From: an uncultured bacterium
GTDB taxonomy: Bacteria > Patescibacteriota > Minisyncoccia > Phycocordibacterales > CAIZLB01
DNA length: 62,017 bases
Reading direction: 5' to 3'
Assembly: GCA_903936565.1 (NCBI GenBank)
Contig: CAIZVZ010000004.1
Location: forward strand, 1-62,017
The notes under the pieces: generated by a model
Databases searched by the model: none
Told to the model about the DNA's origin: nothing
The model's input: the letters and a program-made list of their open reading frames with translations, nothing else
In this document: positions 27,765 through 37,100 of the stretch, piece after piece
Position numbering within the stretch: the first letter of the stretch is position 1
Layout of the letters: each line of letters begins with the position of its first letter
Translations under genes and position numbers: made by a program

Positions 27765-29807
27765 CTACCTCACCTCCCACCCCTCCATACCATTCATCTC
27801 CGTAGTGATATTTTGCATAACTTGAGTCACTTCATCATCGGTAAGAGTTCTATCGTCTGATTGGAATACTAGTCTTAATGCATAAGAAGTTTTAACAGGC
27901 TCGCCTTCTTTATTTTTTGTATAGACATCAAACAACCTGACACTATTTAGCAAATCTGTTCCATGCTTTGTAATTATAGATTTCACGGCCTCCGCTTGAG
28001 TTGCCTCACCAGGAACGAATACTGATATATCTCTGACCATGAATGGATATTGAGAATACTTTTTATATTTAATTAGCTTTGGAGTTTCAAAATAGATATC
28101 ACTTTTTGAATCAGGTAGTACCTCAATTATTTTTTGAAGCTCTATCTCACAAACGTTTCCAACAACACTCACTCCGCCTGTCCCAATATTTGCTTCAGTA
28201 AATTTTACAGATGATTTTAGTATATTCAAATCAAGTGAAGTTCCGGCAAAATATTCGCTGTCCAAAATTTGATTGAAAATCTTCTCCGCCTCCAATTCAA
28301 AATTATATCCCTTAACTTTCTTTGCATTTGCAATTCCAAAAGCCAAAGATGATCTCTCTACCTTACCACCAAAGATTGTGCCCACTTCATATATTTTTAC
28401 GGCATCAAGCCCAAGCAAATCTACATATCGGAGATTATGCTCTAGATTTTTAATCAATCCTTCACCGATAGTATTCCTCATGAATCCCCTTTCAATGTTT
28501 AATGGATTTAAAATTTCTACATCACCGCTTTCTTTTAATGAATGAGTGTAAACTTCAGAAAATCCAGCACTTTGAAAAAGCTTGCGCAATGCGTTCATAT
28601 AATAAAAGTTCTTAAGAACTGGGCGATTATCCTCCTTTGGCAATTCCACCGGCACAAGATTCATGTAGTTTAGAATTCGTCCAACTTCATCAACTATGTC
28701 ATATCCAATTTCTAAATCTAATCTGTATTCTGGAACATGAATAGTTATATTATCATCTGAGATAGCCTCAGCTTTAATATCGCATCTTCCGAGAATCTCA
28801 ATTATTTTCTCAGCACTAATCCCCCCCTTAAGTCCTATTGCATCATTAATGAATTTAACTGAAACATCAAATTGCCTTACTTCTGGCTTACCTAGATAAA
28901 TATCAGTAATATTTCCAAATTTTGCAGATGGAAATATTGTTGCTATAAATTCAGAAATCGCATTCATTGCAAGTTGCGTTCTTTCAGGAGTTACCTTGTT
29001 CTCATATCTCTTTGACGATTCATTTTTTATTCCAACTTTTTGAGAAGTTTTTCTGACTGACACACTATCAAAATTTGCTGATTCAATAATAATTCTCTTT
29101 GTCTCAGCTGTGACTTCAGCCTTCTTTCCACCCTTAACTCCCGCAATTGCAAGAGCATCTTTTTCATCGGCAATAACTAAAATATCAGATGAGAGTGTAA
29201 CTTCAGTTCCATCAAGTAACACTATAACTTCTCCTTCTTTTGCATACCTAACATTAATACCGCCTTCAACTTTATCAGCATCAAAAGCGTGAAGTGGTTG
29301 GCCAGTTTCCAGCATTATATAGTTAGTCAAATCAACCAAAACATTAATTGATCTTTGACCCAATGCCTCTAATTGAGTTTTGAGCCATAGAGGTGACGCC
29401 ATCGCTTCCACTCCCTCAACTCTTCTTGCCATATATCTTGGACAAACAAATCTATTTTTCTCTTCACCAACCTTATCTTCCACTACATTTACATCAACAG
29501 TAAGACCACTATCAATCTGTGATGCAATTTTTTCTGGATCATAAACCGGAAGAGTAGCTGGAATATTCAAAAGCGCCCCTAACTCTTGTGCAACATATCT
29601 ATGTGAATAACAATAATGTGCGCGGTCAGGTAAAACTTTTATGTCATATACTGTATCACTCACCTTCTCCGTTCCAGTGACAACATTCTCAACTCCTTCA
29701 ACTTCAAAAATACCCATTGTGAAGGTGTTCTCTATCGTCTTTGAATCAGGCAAACTTTGCGCGCCGTCCTTAAAGTATTTCTTTAACCAATTTTGTGAGA
29801 TAAGCAT
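27765..29807 (-). CDS. pheT: Phenylalanyl-tRNA synthetase beta subunit
   Basis: MLISQNWLKKYF start, B3/4- and B5-like blocks (QRSINVLVDLTNYIMLETGQPLHAFD), a C-terminal anticodon-binding-like domain, and a position directly downstream of pheS. Confidence 0.85.
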   Translation of the reverse strand: MLISQNWLKKYFKDGAQSLPDSKTIENTFTMGIFEVEGVENVVTGTEKVSDTVYDIKVLPDRAHYCYSHRYVAQELGALLNIPATLPVYDPEKIASQIDSGLTVDVNVVEDKVGEEKNRFVCPRYMARRVEGVEAMASPLWLKTQLEALGQRSINVLVDLTNYIMLETGQPLHAFDADKVEGGINVRYAKEGEVIVLLDGTEVTLSSDILVIADEKDALAIAGVKGGKKAEVTAETKRIIIESANFDSVSVRKTSQKVGIKNESSKRYENKVTPERTQLAMNAISEFIATIFPSAKFGNITDIYLGKPEVRQFDVSVKFINDAIGLKGGISAEKIIEILGRCDIKAEAISDDNITIHVPEYRLDLEIGYDIVDEVGRILNYMNLVPVELPKEDNRPVLKNFYYMNALRKLFQSAGFSEVYTHSLKESGDVEILNPLNIERGFMRNTIGEGLIKNLEHNLRYVDLLGLDAVKIYEVGTIFGGKVERSSLAFGIANAKKVKGYNFELEAEKIFNQILDSEYFAGTSLDLNILKSSVKFTEANIGTGGVSVVGNVCEIELQKIIEVLPDSKSDIYFETPKLIKYKKYSQYPFMVRDISVFVPGEATQAEAVKSIITKHGTDLLNSVRLFDVYTKNKEGEPVKTSYALRLVFQSDDRTLTDDEVTQVMQNITTEMNGMEGWEVR

Positions 29808-29867
29808 TTTAGTATTTTTATTTTTATATATTTCTGTTTAAATTTTTCGATGACATAAATTTATTAA

Positions 29868-30623
29868 TTAAAACTGATTAACAAATCTTAAATCCCCAGA
29901 ATACATATTTCTAATATCGTCGATTCCATATTTAAGCATAACCATTCTATCCAAGCCCATTCCAAAGGCAAAACCAGACCACTCCTTTGGATCAATTCCT
30001 CCCGCACTCATTACTTCAGGTCTAACCAATCCCGCTCCACATACCTCCAACCATCTATCTTTCCATCTAATATCAATTTCAAACCCAGGCTCAACAAAGG
30101 GAAAATATGACGGACGAAAACGCATTTCTGTTCCCTCGCCAAAGAATTTTTTTACAAAAGACTCAAGAACAAATTTTAGATTTGCAACAGAAACATTTTT
30201 ATCAATATACATTCCTTCAACCTGAAAGAACTCAGCTTCATGTGTTGCATCGGTTGATTCATTTCTAAAAACTTTTCCTGGAGCAATGATTCTAAAGGGC
30301 GGCTGATGGGATTGCATGAATCTAATTTGAATTGTTGACGTGTGAGTACGAGGAAGCATTCGCTCGCCCTGAGGCCCCGCATCTTTCAACCAAAAAGTAT
30401 CCTGCATATCACGAGAAGTGTGATCTTTTGGAAAGTTAAGAGCATCAAAACAATTAAACTCTGTTTCAATTTCTGGACCTTCTGCTACTTGAAATCCAAT
30501 TTCAGCAAAGATCTTGTTAATCTCATTCATTATTTGTGTTATAGGGTGAAGGTGGCCACTATCAACCCTTGCCCCGTCCGCCATTGTATTTGCATCTGTC
30601 ATAGTTTTCTTAGTATATATCAT
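29868..30623 (-). CDS. pheS: Phenylalanyl-tRNA synthetase alpha subunit (catalytic core only)
   Basis: HPITQIMNEI, class II motifs (FDALNFPKDHTSRDMQDTFW, LPRTHTSTIQIR, RIIAPGKVFRNE, FHQ-type FFQVEG, GAGLVRPEV, GFAFGMGLDRMVML). Only 251 aa. Confidence 0.9.
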   Translation of the reverse strand: MIYTKKTMTDANTMADGARVDSGHLHPITQIMNEINKIFAEIGFQVAEGPEIETEFNCFDALNFPKDHTSRDMQDTFWLKDAGPQGERMLPRTHTSTIQIRFMQSHQPPFRIIAPGKVFRNESTDATHEAEFFQVEGMYIDKNVSVANLKFVLESFVKKFFGEGTEMRFRPSYFPFVEPGFEIDIRWKDRWLEVCGAGLVRPEVMSAGGIDPKEWSGFAFGMGLDRMVMLKYGIDDIRNMYSGDLRFVNQF

Positions 30624-30723
30624 ATTGAAAAAAACGTTAAATCAGCTATACTGTATAGAACAAAAGATGGCAAAAGCCAAACCTTTTGATTAAGGCTGGT
30701 TTTAGCCCCCAAACCCCATATTT

Positions 30724-31986
30724 ATGCAATACATTGTTGGACTTTTCAATTACAGCTCACTTTTTCTTATTGTCTTCTTTAGCGTTTTCTTGATGGTGAC
30801 ATTAATTGAAAACAGAAAGAAAATCAAAGGAGAAACAGCACTTCGGAGCCATAATGATACAGAAGCCGAGAACACAGACTATCCATCTGTGACTATTCTT
30901 GTTCCAGTTTTTAATGAACAGAATACAGTAGACAAAACAATTCAATCACTACTAAAATTAAATTACCCTGAAGATAAACTGAAGATAATGATTGTCGACG
31001 ACGGCTCAAAGGACAACACCTGGGAAATCGTCAAAAAATACAACAATCATCCACAAATTCTTTTACACCAAAAGGAAAACGGTGGAAAATATACTGCGCT
31101 AAATTATGGTATTGCAAACTGCTCAACAGAGATGATTGGCTGTTTGGATGCTGACTCAGAAGTTGATGCTGACGCCCTACTTCACATCATTCCCTATTTT
31201 AAAGATAGAGATGTGGGGGCGGTTACTCCATCTTTAAAAATACAAAATCCTGATAACATATTAGGTCTTATGCAAAGCGCTGAATATAACATGGGAGTAT
31301 TCACTAGAAAGATTCTGGGTTTCCTTGATGCACAATACGTAACCCCTGGACCATTCTCAATATTTAGAAAAGCAGTATTTTCCAAAGTCGGAAATTACAA
31401 ACACGCACACAACACAGAGGACTTGGAAATGGCGCTTCGCCTACAAGAAAATCATTTCAAAATTGTTAATGCTCACAAGGCAGTTGTCTATACAGTTGGG
31501 CCAAGGACACTATATAGACTATACAAACAAAGAGTTAGATGGACTGGAGGCTTTATTCAGAACGCTATAGATTACAGAAGGATGATTCTAAATCCAAAGT
31601 ATGGAAATCTTGGAATGCTAATATTACCAGTTGCAATGTATTCCATTATTGTAACAATCTTTTTCCTAAGTTTCACACTTATTAAAACAATATTTAATAT
31701 AATTGATACGTACAAGAAGATAAGTGTAATTGGATGGAGCTTTAATTTTAATGCATTCAGTTTCGATTGGTGGTTGTACAATATCCAAGCTCCAATGTTT
31801 ATTGGATTAATTACACTTTCGCTTGTAATCTTTTCTATCTGGTATGGTAAAAAACTTACTGGAGTAAATGACAGAAAAATGATTGATATCGTTTATTTTA
31901 TCACCCTATATTCTATAATCTCCCCGTTATGGCTCATTACATCCGTCTATAATACACTAAGAAGAAAAGATGCATCTTGGCGATAA
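30724..31986 (+). CDS. Processive family-2 glycosyltransferase (cellulose/PNAG-synthase-like)
   Basis: VTILVPVFNE, IVDDGSKDNT, LDADS, a TED-like NTEDLEMALRL and the QRVRWTGG (QxxRW) motif, flanked by TM helices. Confidence 0.8.
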   Translation: MQYIVGLFNYSSLFLIVFFSVFLMVTLIENRKKIKGETALRSHNDTEAENTDYPSVTILVPVFNEQNTVDKTIQSLLKLNYPEDKLKIMIVDDGSKDNTWEIVKKYNNHPQILLHQKENGGKYTALNYGIANCSTEMIGCLDADSEVDADALLHIIPYFKDRDVGAVTPSLKIQNPDNILGLMQSAEYNMGVFTRKILGFLDAQYVTPGPFSIFRKAVFSKVGNYKHAHNTEDLEMALRLQENHFKIVNAHKAVVYTVGPRTLYRLYKQRVRWTGGFIQNAIDYRRMILNPKYGNLGMLILPVAMYSIIVTIFFLSFTLIKTIFNIIDTYKKISVIGWSFNFNAFSFDWWLYNIQAPMFIGLITLSLVIFSIWYGKKLTGVNDRKMIDIVYFITLYSIISPLWLITSVYNTLRRKDASWR

Positions 31987-32028
31987 TTTTAGTATAATAT
32001 CAAAAAACAAGACAAAAACACCATATAT

Positions 32029-32790
32029 ATGAACGAAAAACCAATAAGAAACCCGATTGACTGGAAAACCTATATCATTTCATTCTTTATTACAGCCCTG
32101 ATATTTGCCTCAGCTTTCGCTGTAAACAACCTATTAAGTTCGAAAAAGGAAGCTGATATTAAAGGTGTTAAAGACCAAATTGCCCTTGATATATTGTCCT
32201 CAGAGACCCAATTTGACCTTCTGGGAGAGGTTTCTTGCAAAAACGTAGATGGAACCATATTGTCCCAAGAGATCAATTCATTGGCTACAAAGCTCTCATA
32301 TATGGAGTCCAACAAGCAAAGCGCTGGAAGCCCAGAATTGACCTACCTTAAAAAGTACTATTCCCTACTTCAAATCAAGGATTACATACTAATGCAAAGA
32401 CTTGCCGTTAAGTGCCAATTTAAGCCAATTTCTATTTTATATTTCTATGGTAACGAAGATGTTTGTCCACAATGTGTAAATATGGGTTTTGTCTTAACGA
32501 AGCTAAGGGAGTCATATCCAGAAGTTAGAATTTATTCTTTCGATACAAACCTACAACTCTCCGCCCTTAATACTCTAAGGGATGTTAATAAAATTTCAGA
32601 AACTAAATTGCCAGCAGTTATCGTTGATGATCAAACAATCACAGGCTTTAGAACTTATGACGATTTGAAAAAGCTAATACCAGAACTTAAGGCCATTGAT
32701 AAAAAACGTGCAGATGACGAAAAGGCAAACAAAACAAAAGCAACAAGCACCAGCACGAGTTCAAAGTCTATTCTCTCCAAGATAATCTAG
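32029..32790 (+). CDS. Membrane-anchored protein with a thioredoxin-like CPQC motif
   Basis: N-terminal TM helix (YIISFFITALIFASAFAV), then ILYFYGNEDVCPQCVNMGFVL, which resembles a thioredoxin-fold CxxC site. Lys/Ser/Thr-rich tail. Confidence 0.35.
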   Translation: MNEKPIRNPIDWKTYIISFFITALIFASAFAVNNLLSSKKEADIKGVKDQIALDILSSETQFDLLGEVSCKNVDGTILSQEINSLATKLSYMESNKQSAGSPELTYLKKYYSLLQIKDYILMQRLAVKCQFKPISILYFYGNEDVCPQCVNMGFVLTKLRESYPEVRIYSFDTNLQLSALNTLRDVNKISETKLPAVIVDDQTITGFRTYDDLKKLIPELKAIDKKRADDEKANKTKATSTSTSSKSILSKII

Positions 32791-32826
32791 TTAGAGCGGT
32801 AATAGGTCCAAGTAAGATACGCCAAG

Positions 32827-32874
32827 GGCGATTTAGTCGGCGATTTAGCAAAATCACTCTCCGGGTGATATAAT
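32827..32874 (+). promoter_or_regulatory. Tandem GGCGATTTAG motif plus -10-like TATAAT upstream of a surface-protein gene
   Basis: GGCGATTTAG at 32827-32836 and at 32839-32848 (12-bp spacing), then CAAAATC. TATAAT lies at 32869-32874, 7 nt before the ATG at 32882. A related motif pair occurs at 41682-41735. Confidence 0.35.
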
Positions 32875-32881
32875 TTATTAC

Positions 32882-34048
32882 ATGAATATAAATGTTTCTA
32901 AAAAAAGCTACTTTACCGCGATTGCTTTTTTGATTGTAATTTTATACGGCGCACCTTTCGTAAAAGCAAATGCCACAACCAACCTGGAGGCATACAACAG
33001 TCTCAATTTTGAAACAAGAAACTTTGTAGGTAGATTAGATCAACTACCTCAAAACTTTACTTTCAATAAGAATCTTAAGAAAGGAACTCCAGTAACACCC
33101 GATGTTCAAAATCTAAAGTGGATTCTTAATTCAGACACAAGAACAGCTTTAACTGACAATCCAAATATGACCCTAACTGAGCTTACATCTGCATATGGCC
33201 CCCTAACAGAATCCGCAGTAAAAAGATTCCAAACGGTTTACAAATCTGAAATTCTTGATCCACAAGGCATAAAAAGCGCAACAGGAATAGTAGGTAAAGG
33301 AACTCGTCAAAAACTAAATTGGTTACTTAGTCACTCCAGAGTTTTTTATACAGAAGCAAACAATGCGTTAGCAAATAGCGCTAATAATTACAACAATAGT
33401 AACTACAGTAATTCCAACTACGCCAACAACAATTATTCAACTAATTTTATAGACTTTTCTAATATAGAAAACTTTATAAATAATTCCGGCTTTGTGCAGA
33501 CATATGCAACTACCACCGGTAGCTATTCTACAAACGGAACAACATCAACAAGTACTGGAACCGCTTTGTATACTTCAGCACAAATCACAACAAACGGTAC
33601 AACAAATACAGGAAGTTCAATAAGTAGTAGCGATGACTCATCATCTGGCGGACTAGGAATTCTTGCAATAGTCGGTGGTGCAGCACTGCTTGGTAGCGCA
33701 GCAGGCAATGCAGGAGGAACAGCAGCAAGTAATGCAAGCCAAGCTGCACTTGGGCAATTTGGAGGAAAAATTACAATGAACATGGTTTGCCCATGTAGCG
33801 CAAACTATATGATCACACTAAATGACTTGAGCACCAAGATGCCATTAAGTATAATGTTTCAACCAGGTGTTTCCAGCTTAAAGATGAACTACAATCCAAC
33901 TATAGGAGAGAGTGTCTTAGGAGGCTATATAAGAGGTGCAGCGACGTGTATGGTCTACGTCGGAACAGGTTGTTCATCTTATGGAAATCCAAGTGGTACA
34001 ATAGATACAATGAGAGGTGTTGGAACAACACTGACACCAGCTAAGTAG
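32882..34048 (+). CDS. Secreted protein with a peptidoglycan-binding-like segment, an Asn-rich linker and a Cys-containing C-terminal domain
   Basis: Signal/anchor YFTAIAFLIVILYGAPFVKANA. GPLTESAVKRFQTVY...GIVGKGTRQKLNWLL resembles PG_binding_1. NYNNSNYSNSNYANNNY is low complexity. I do not recognise the C-terminal ~110 aa. Confidence 0.4.
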   Translation: MNINVSKKSYFTAIAFLIVILYGAPFVKANATTNLEAYNSLNFETRNFVGRLDQLPQNFTFNKNLKKGTPVTPDVQNLKWILNSDTRTALTDNPNMTLTELTSAYGPLTESAVKRFQTVYKSEILDPQGIKSATGIVGKGTRQKLNWLLSHSRVFYTEANNALANSANNYNNSNYSNSNYANNNYSTNFIDFSNIENFINNSGFVQTYATTTGSYSTNGTTSTSTGTALYTSAQITTNGTTNTGSSISSSDDSSSGGLGILAIVGGAALLGSAAGNAGGTAASNASQAALGQFGGKITMNMVCPCSANYMITLNDLSTKMPLSIMFQPGVSSLKMNYNPTIGESVLGGYIRGAATCMVYVGTGCSSYGNPSGTIDTMRGVGTTLTPAK

Positions 34049-34059
34049 CATAATCAATC

Positions 34060-34086
34060 GGGTTTAAACAACCCATCCTTTTTTTC
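34060..34086 (+). terminator. Weak intrinsic terminator
   Basis: GGGTT-taaac-AACCC followed by atccTTTTTTTC, just after the stop at 34048. Confidence 0.35.
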
Positions 34087-34118
34087 TCTTTTGCCCAAAA
34101 CAGCAAGATATTGCCCAT

Positions 34119-37100
34119 TTATTTTCCCCCAAAGAAATTCCACAATTTTATAATTGGTGATAGCTTTTTTGGTTCACCAGTTCCCGTCCTTGTACCCATG
34201 TTACTCGCAGGGGTGGAGGTCGTGACTGTGTATCTATTGGCGTTAGACTTACCATTAGTGTCAATAACACCAGCGTCACCCGTCACACCCGTAACATCCT
34301 CAACGACCTTATTAACTACTCTCACCTCCAAAATTAGTGTTCCAACTTTTAGCGTATACAAGCCAAGCGCCCTAGGTGTCATTACATTTAACTTAATAAT
34401 ACCATCCTTATTTTTAACAAATTTAACATATTCATTGTTGAAAGTGGCAGTGACCTCCTTATCTTTATTTTTTAAATTTACATATATATAAGATTCTGGC
34501 TCAACACTAATTATCTGATATGCATTTCCCTTTTTATCAATAGATAGCTTTGTCTTTTTCTCTAGTCCATCAACTGATATAAACATCAGTGTTGTTGGCT
34601 GAGGCACCTTTTCTTTTGCCAATTCATGTAAGGTTGGCGTCTCAATTGGACTTTCCTTCATCATATATAGATCATATCCATTTATTATTCCCGCCTTATT
34701 TAATTCTTTATTAATTGAAGGTACTAATTTAGAGATATTGACCAGTGATTTTGGTAATGAATTATCAAACAATACATCAACTTTATTGAATAATTTCAAT
34801 TTTGGTAATGAACTGAACCCTGTAACAGGTTGTAGATCTAGCATATTAACAAGAGGATTTACAAGTTTTGAAACGCCAAAGTTTTTTCCAATATCCCCAA
34901 GACCTACCTTTGGAAGATTTGATAGATTAAGCTTGTTTAAGCTGTTATTCATATTTAAGAATTTTGTATCAACACTACCCCCACTATTGCCTCGATTTGT
35001 ATTATTAGGATTATTGTTACCAGAAACAGCAGGAGGAATAATTATAGGACGATTTACAACAACAGGTGGAGAGATTATACTTCCGCTTGAGTGTTCACTG
35101 CTTGGGCACGTTCTGTTGTTACCCTCTCCCACTACAGATGTTGCACTGTAATTATTTGAATTTGTAATGTTAATTATTCCAGAATCTCCTCCATTGCCAC
35201 AATCTGTGGAGTTCCCACCATTTGCGGTTACAATTGTGTCAGTAACAGTACCGTCTGAATTATAGATGATAACTACTCCTCCATTTCCGCCATTCCCTGT
35301 TCCGTTTGCTCCATTTGCAAATATTCTTCCAGTTGTGGATGTTGCAACAGTAGTTGTTCCTCCAGATTGGCCGTTCTGTGATCCACTTACAACCACATCA
35401 CTTGTTGTTGCATTTTGTATTGTAAGAGTGGCACCATTTGATGTTGTTGTTCCTGTGATGGTGATGTTTTTAAGAGTTATATTATGTCCCCCTCCTTCAA
35501 ATCCTCCGATGGAAAAACCAACTCCTTCTGCTATTGATGAGGAAGCTGTTGTTTGTGCATTACCAAAGAGTGATGTGTCAACTGTTGCTGTACAAGTTTC
35601 TGATGTTGAAGACGCTAGGTAGTAGTATGGACGGGTCACTTCATCCAACAGATCAGATCCGCAAGCTGTCCAGACTGGGGTGGCGTTGTCATAATTAAAT
35701 ACAATAGACCTCTCACTCAAATTACCTTTCACATCCACTGCTTTAACATAAAGAGTATGTTCTCCCCCACCTGGTCTTGGAATATCTCTGCCGCCCAGAG
35801 CGCAATTTAGAGGCTGATAATTTTCAGCATCTATTTTATATTCACAACTTGATGTTCCCGTACCCCAATCAATTGAAGGCGCCCATTTTATAGTGCTCGT
35901 TCCTACAAGTGGTGAAGAAATGGAAATCTGCGGAATAACAGGTCCTCCAGCAATGTTTGCTCCGAAGATGAAAAATCCATTACTGAATGCTTTGAAAATA
36001 TTTGTAGCCAAATTATAAATGGCATTTGAAATATTAACGACAACACCCCTAGCAATTATAATCCAATCAGAGTGACCGCCGTCTGTGGTAAAGTTACGGG
36101 TTGTAGTTGCATCAGCATTATACTCTCTTGTTGTAGAGCCATTTATTGTTCCTGTATTTTGTGAAATATCATCGTGAAAAGTTACATTTCCATTAACCAT
36201 CCCATTGTTATAACTGTAATCGTAAAAATCAAAAACTCCACCTACCGCAACAGAAGACGTACTGTCACGGTTAAAGCTACTGTCATAGAAGTTTACCGCC
36301 CAACCTGATGCAACAGAGATTGTGCCACCATTGTTTGAACTACTATCGTGAAAATTTAGAATTCCGCCTGAAGCAACATTTATTCTTCCAGTATTAACAC
36401 CACTACCATAAAAATCAATTGTACCACCAGAGAGAATGGAAATAGCTCCGCTGTTATAGCTAGTATCGTAAAACTTCATTGTACTACTAGATGCAACTGT
36501 GGTTGTACCATTGCTGTAACTACTATCATGGAATACAAGGTGGGTTATTGAAATATTATCAGCCAAACCTTTGACAGAACCGGTAACTGTTCCATAAGAC
36601 ATAACACCAGAGAGGCTTATAGTTCCACTCGTTGCATAAGCAAATCTAGCAGCTCCATTTATAATGCCCTTGTTGTAACTTGAATCATTGAAGTCTGCCA
36701 CAAACCCTGTAGTAATATCCATTACCCCATTAAAAATACTGTTATTATTGAATTCAACATTGCCGGCTGTTACATTAAAGTAATTAGAAACACTACTACT
36801 TCCATAGACATTCAAAATCCCTCCTGTTTGATAAAGTGCTCCAGTTCCAAGACTTGAAGAATTACTTAAATTTAGTGAACCAGCATTAAGTGTTGTTCTA
36901 CCAGAATATGTATTAACCCCATTAAGTGAAAGTCCACCGGCGCCACCCTTAGTTAAACCATATGATCCGCCAATTACACCTCCCGCTGTCAAAGTCTTAT
37001 TTACTCCATTAACCGTTACCGTTGTTGTTGCACTAAGTGTAATTGCACCTGTTCCTAAATTAAGATTATTTGTTCCGCCAAAAGTAAAGTTTCCATTCCA

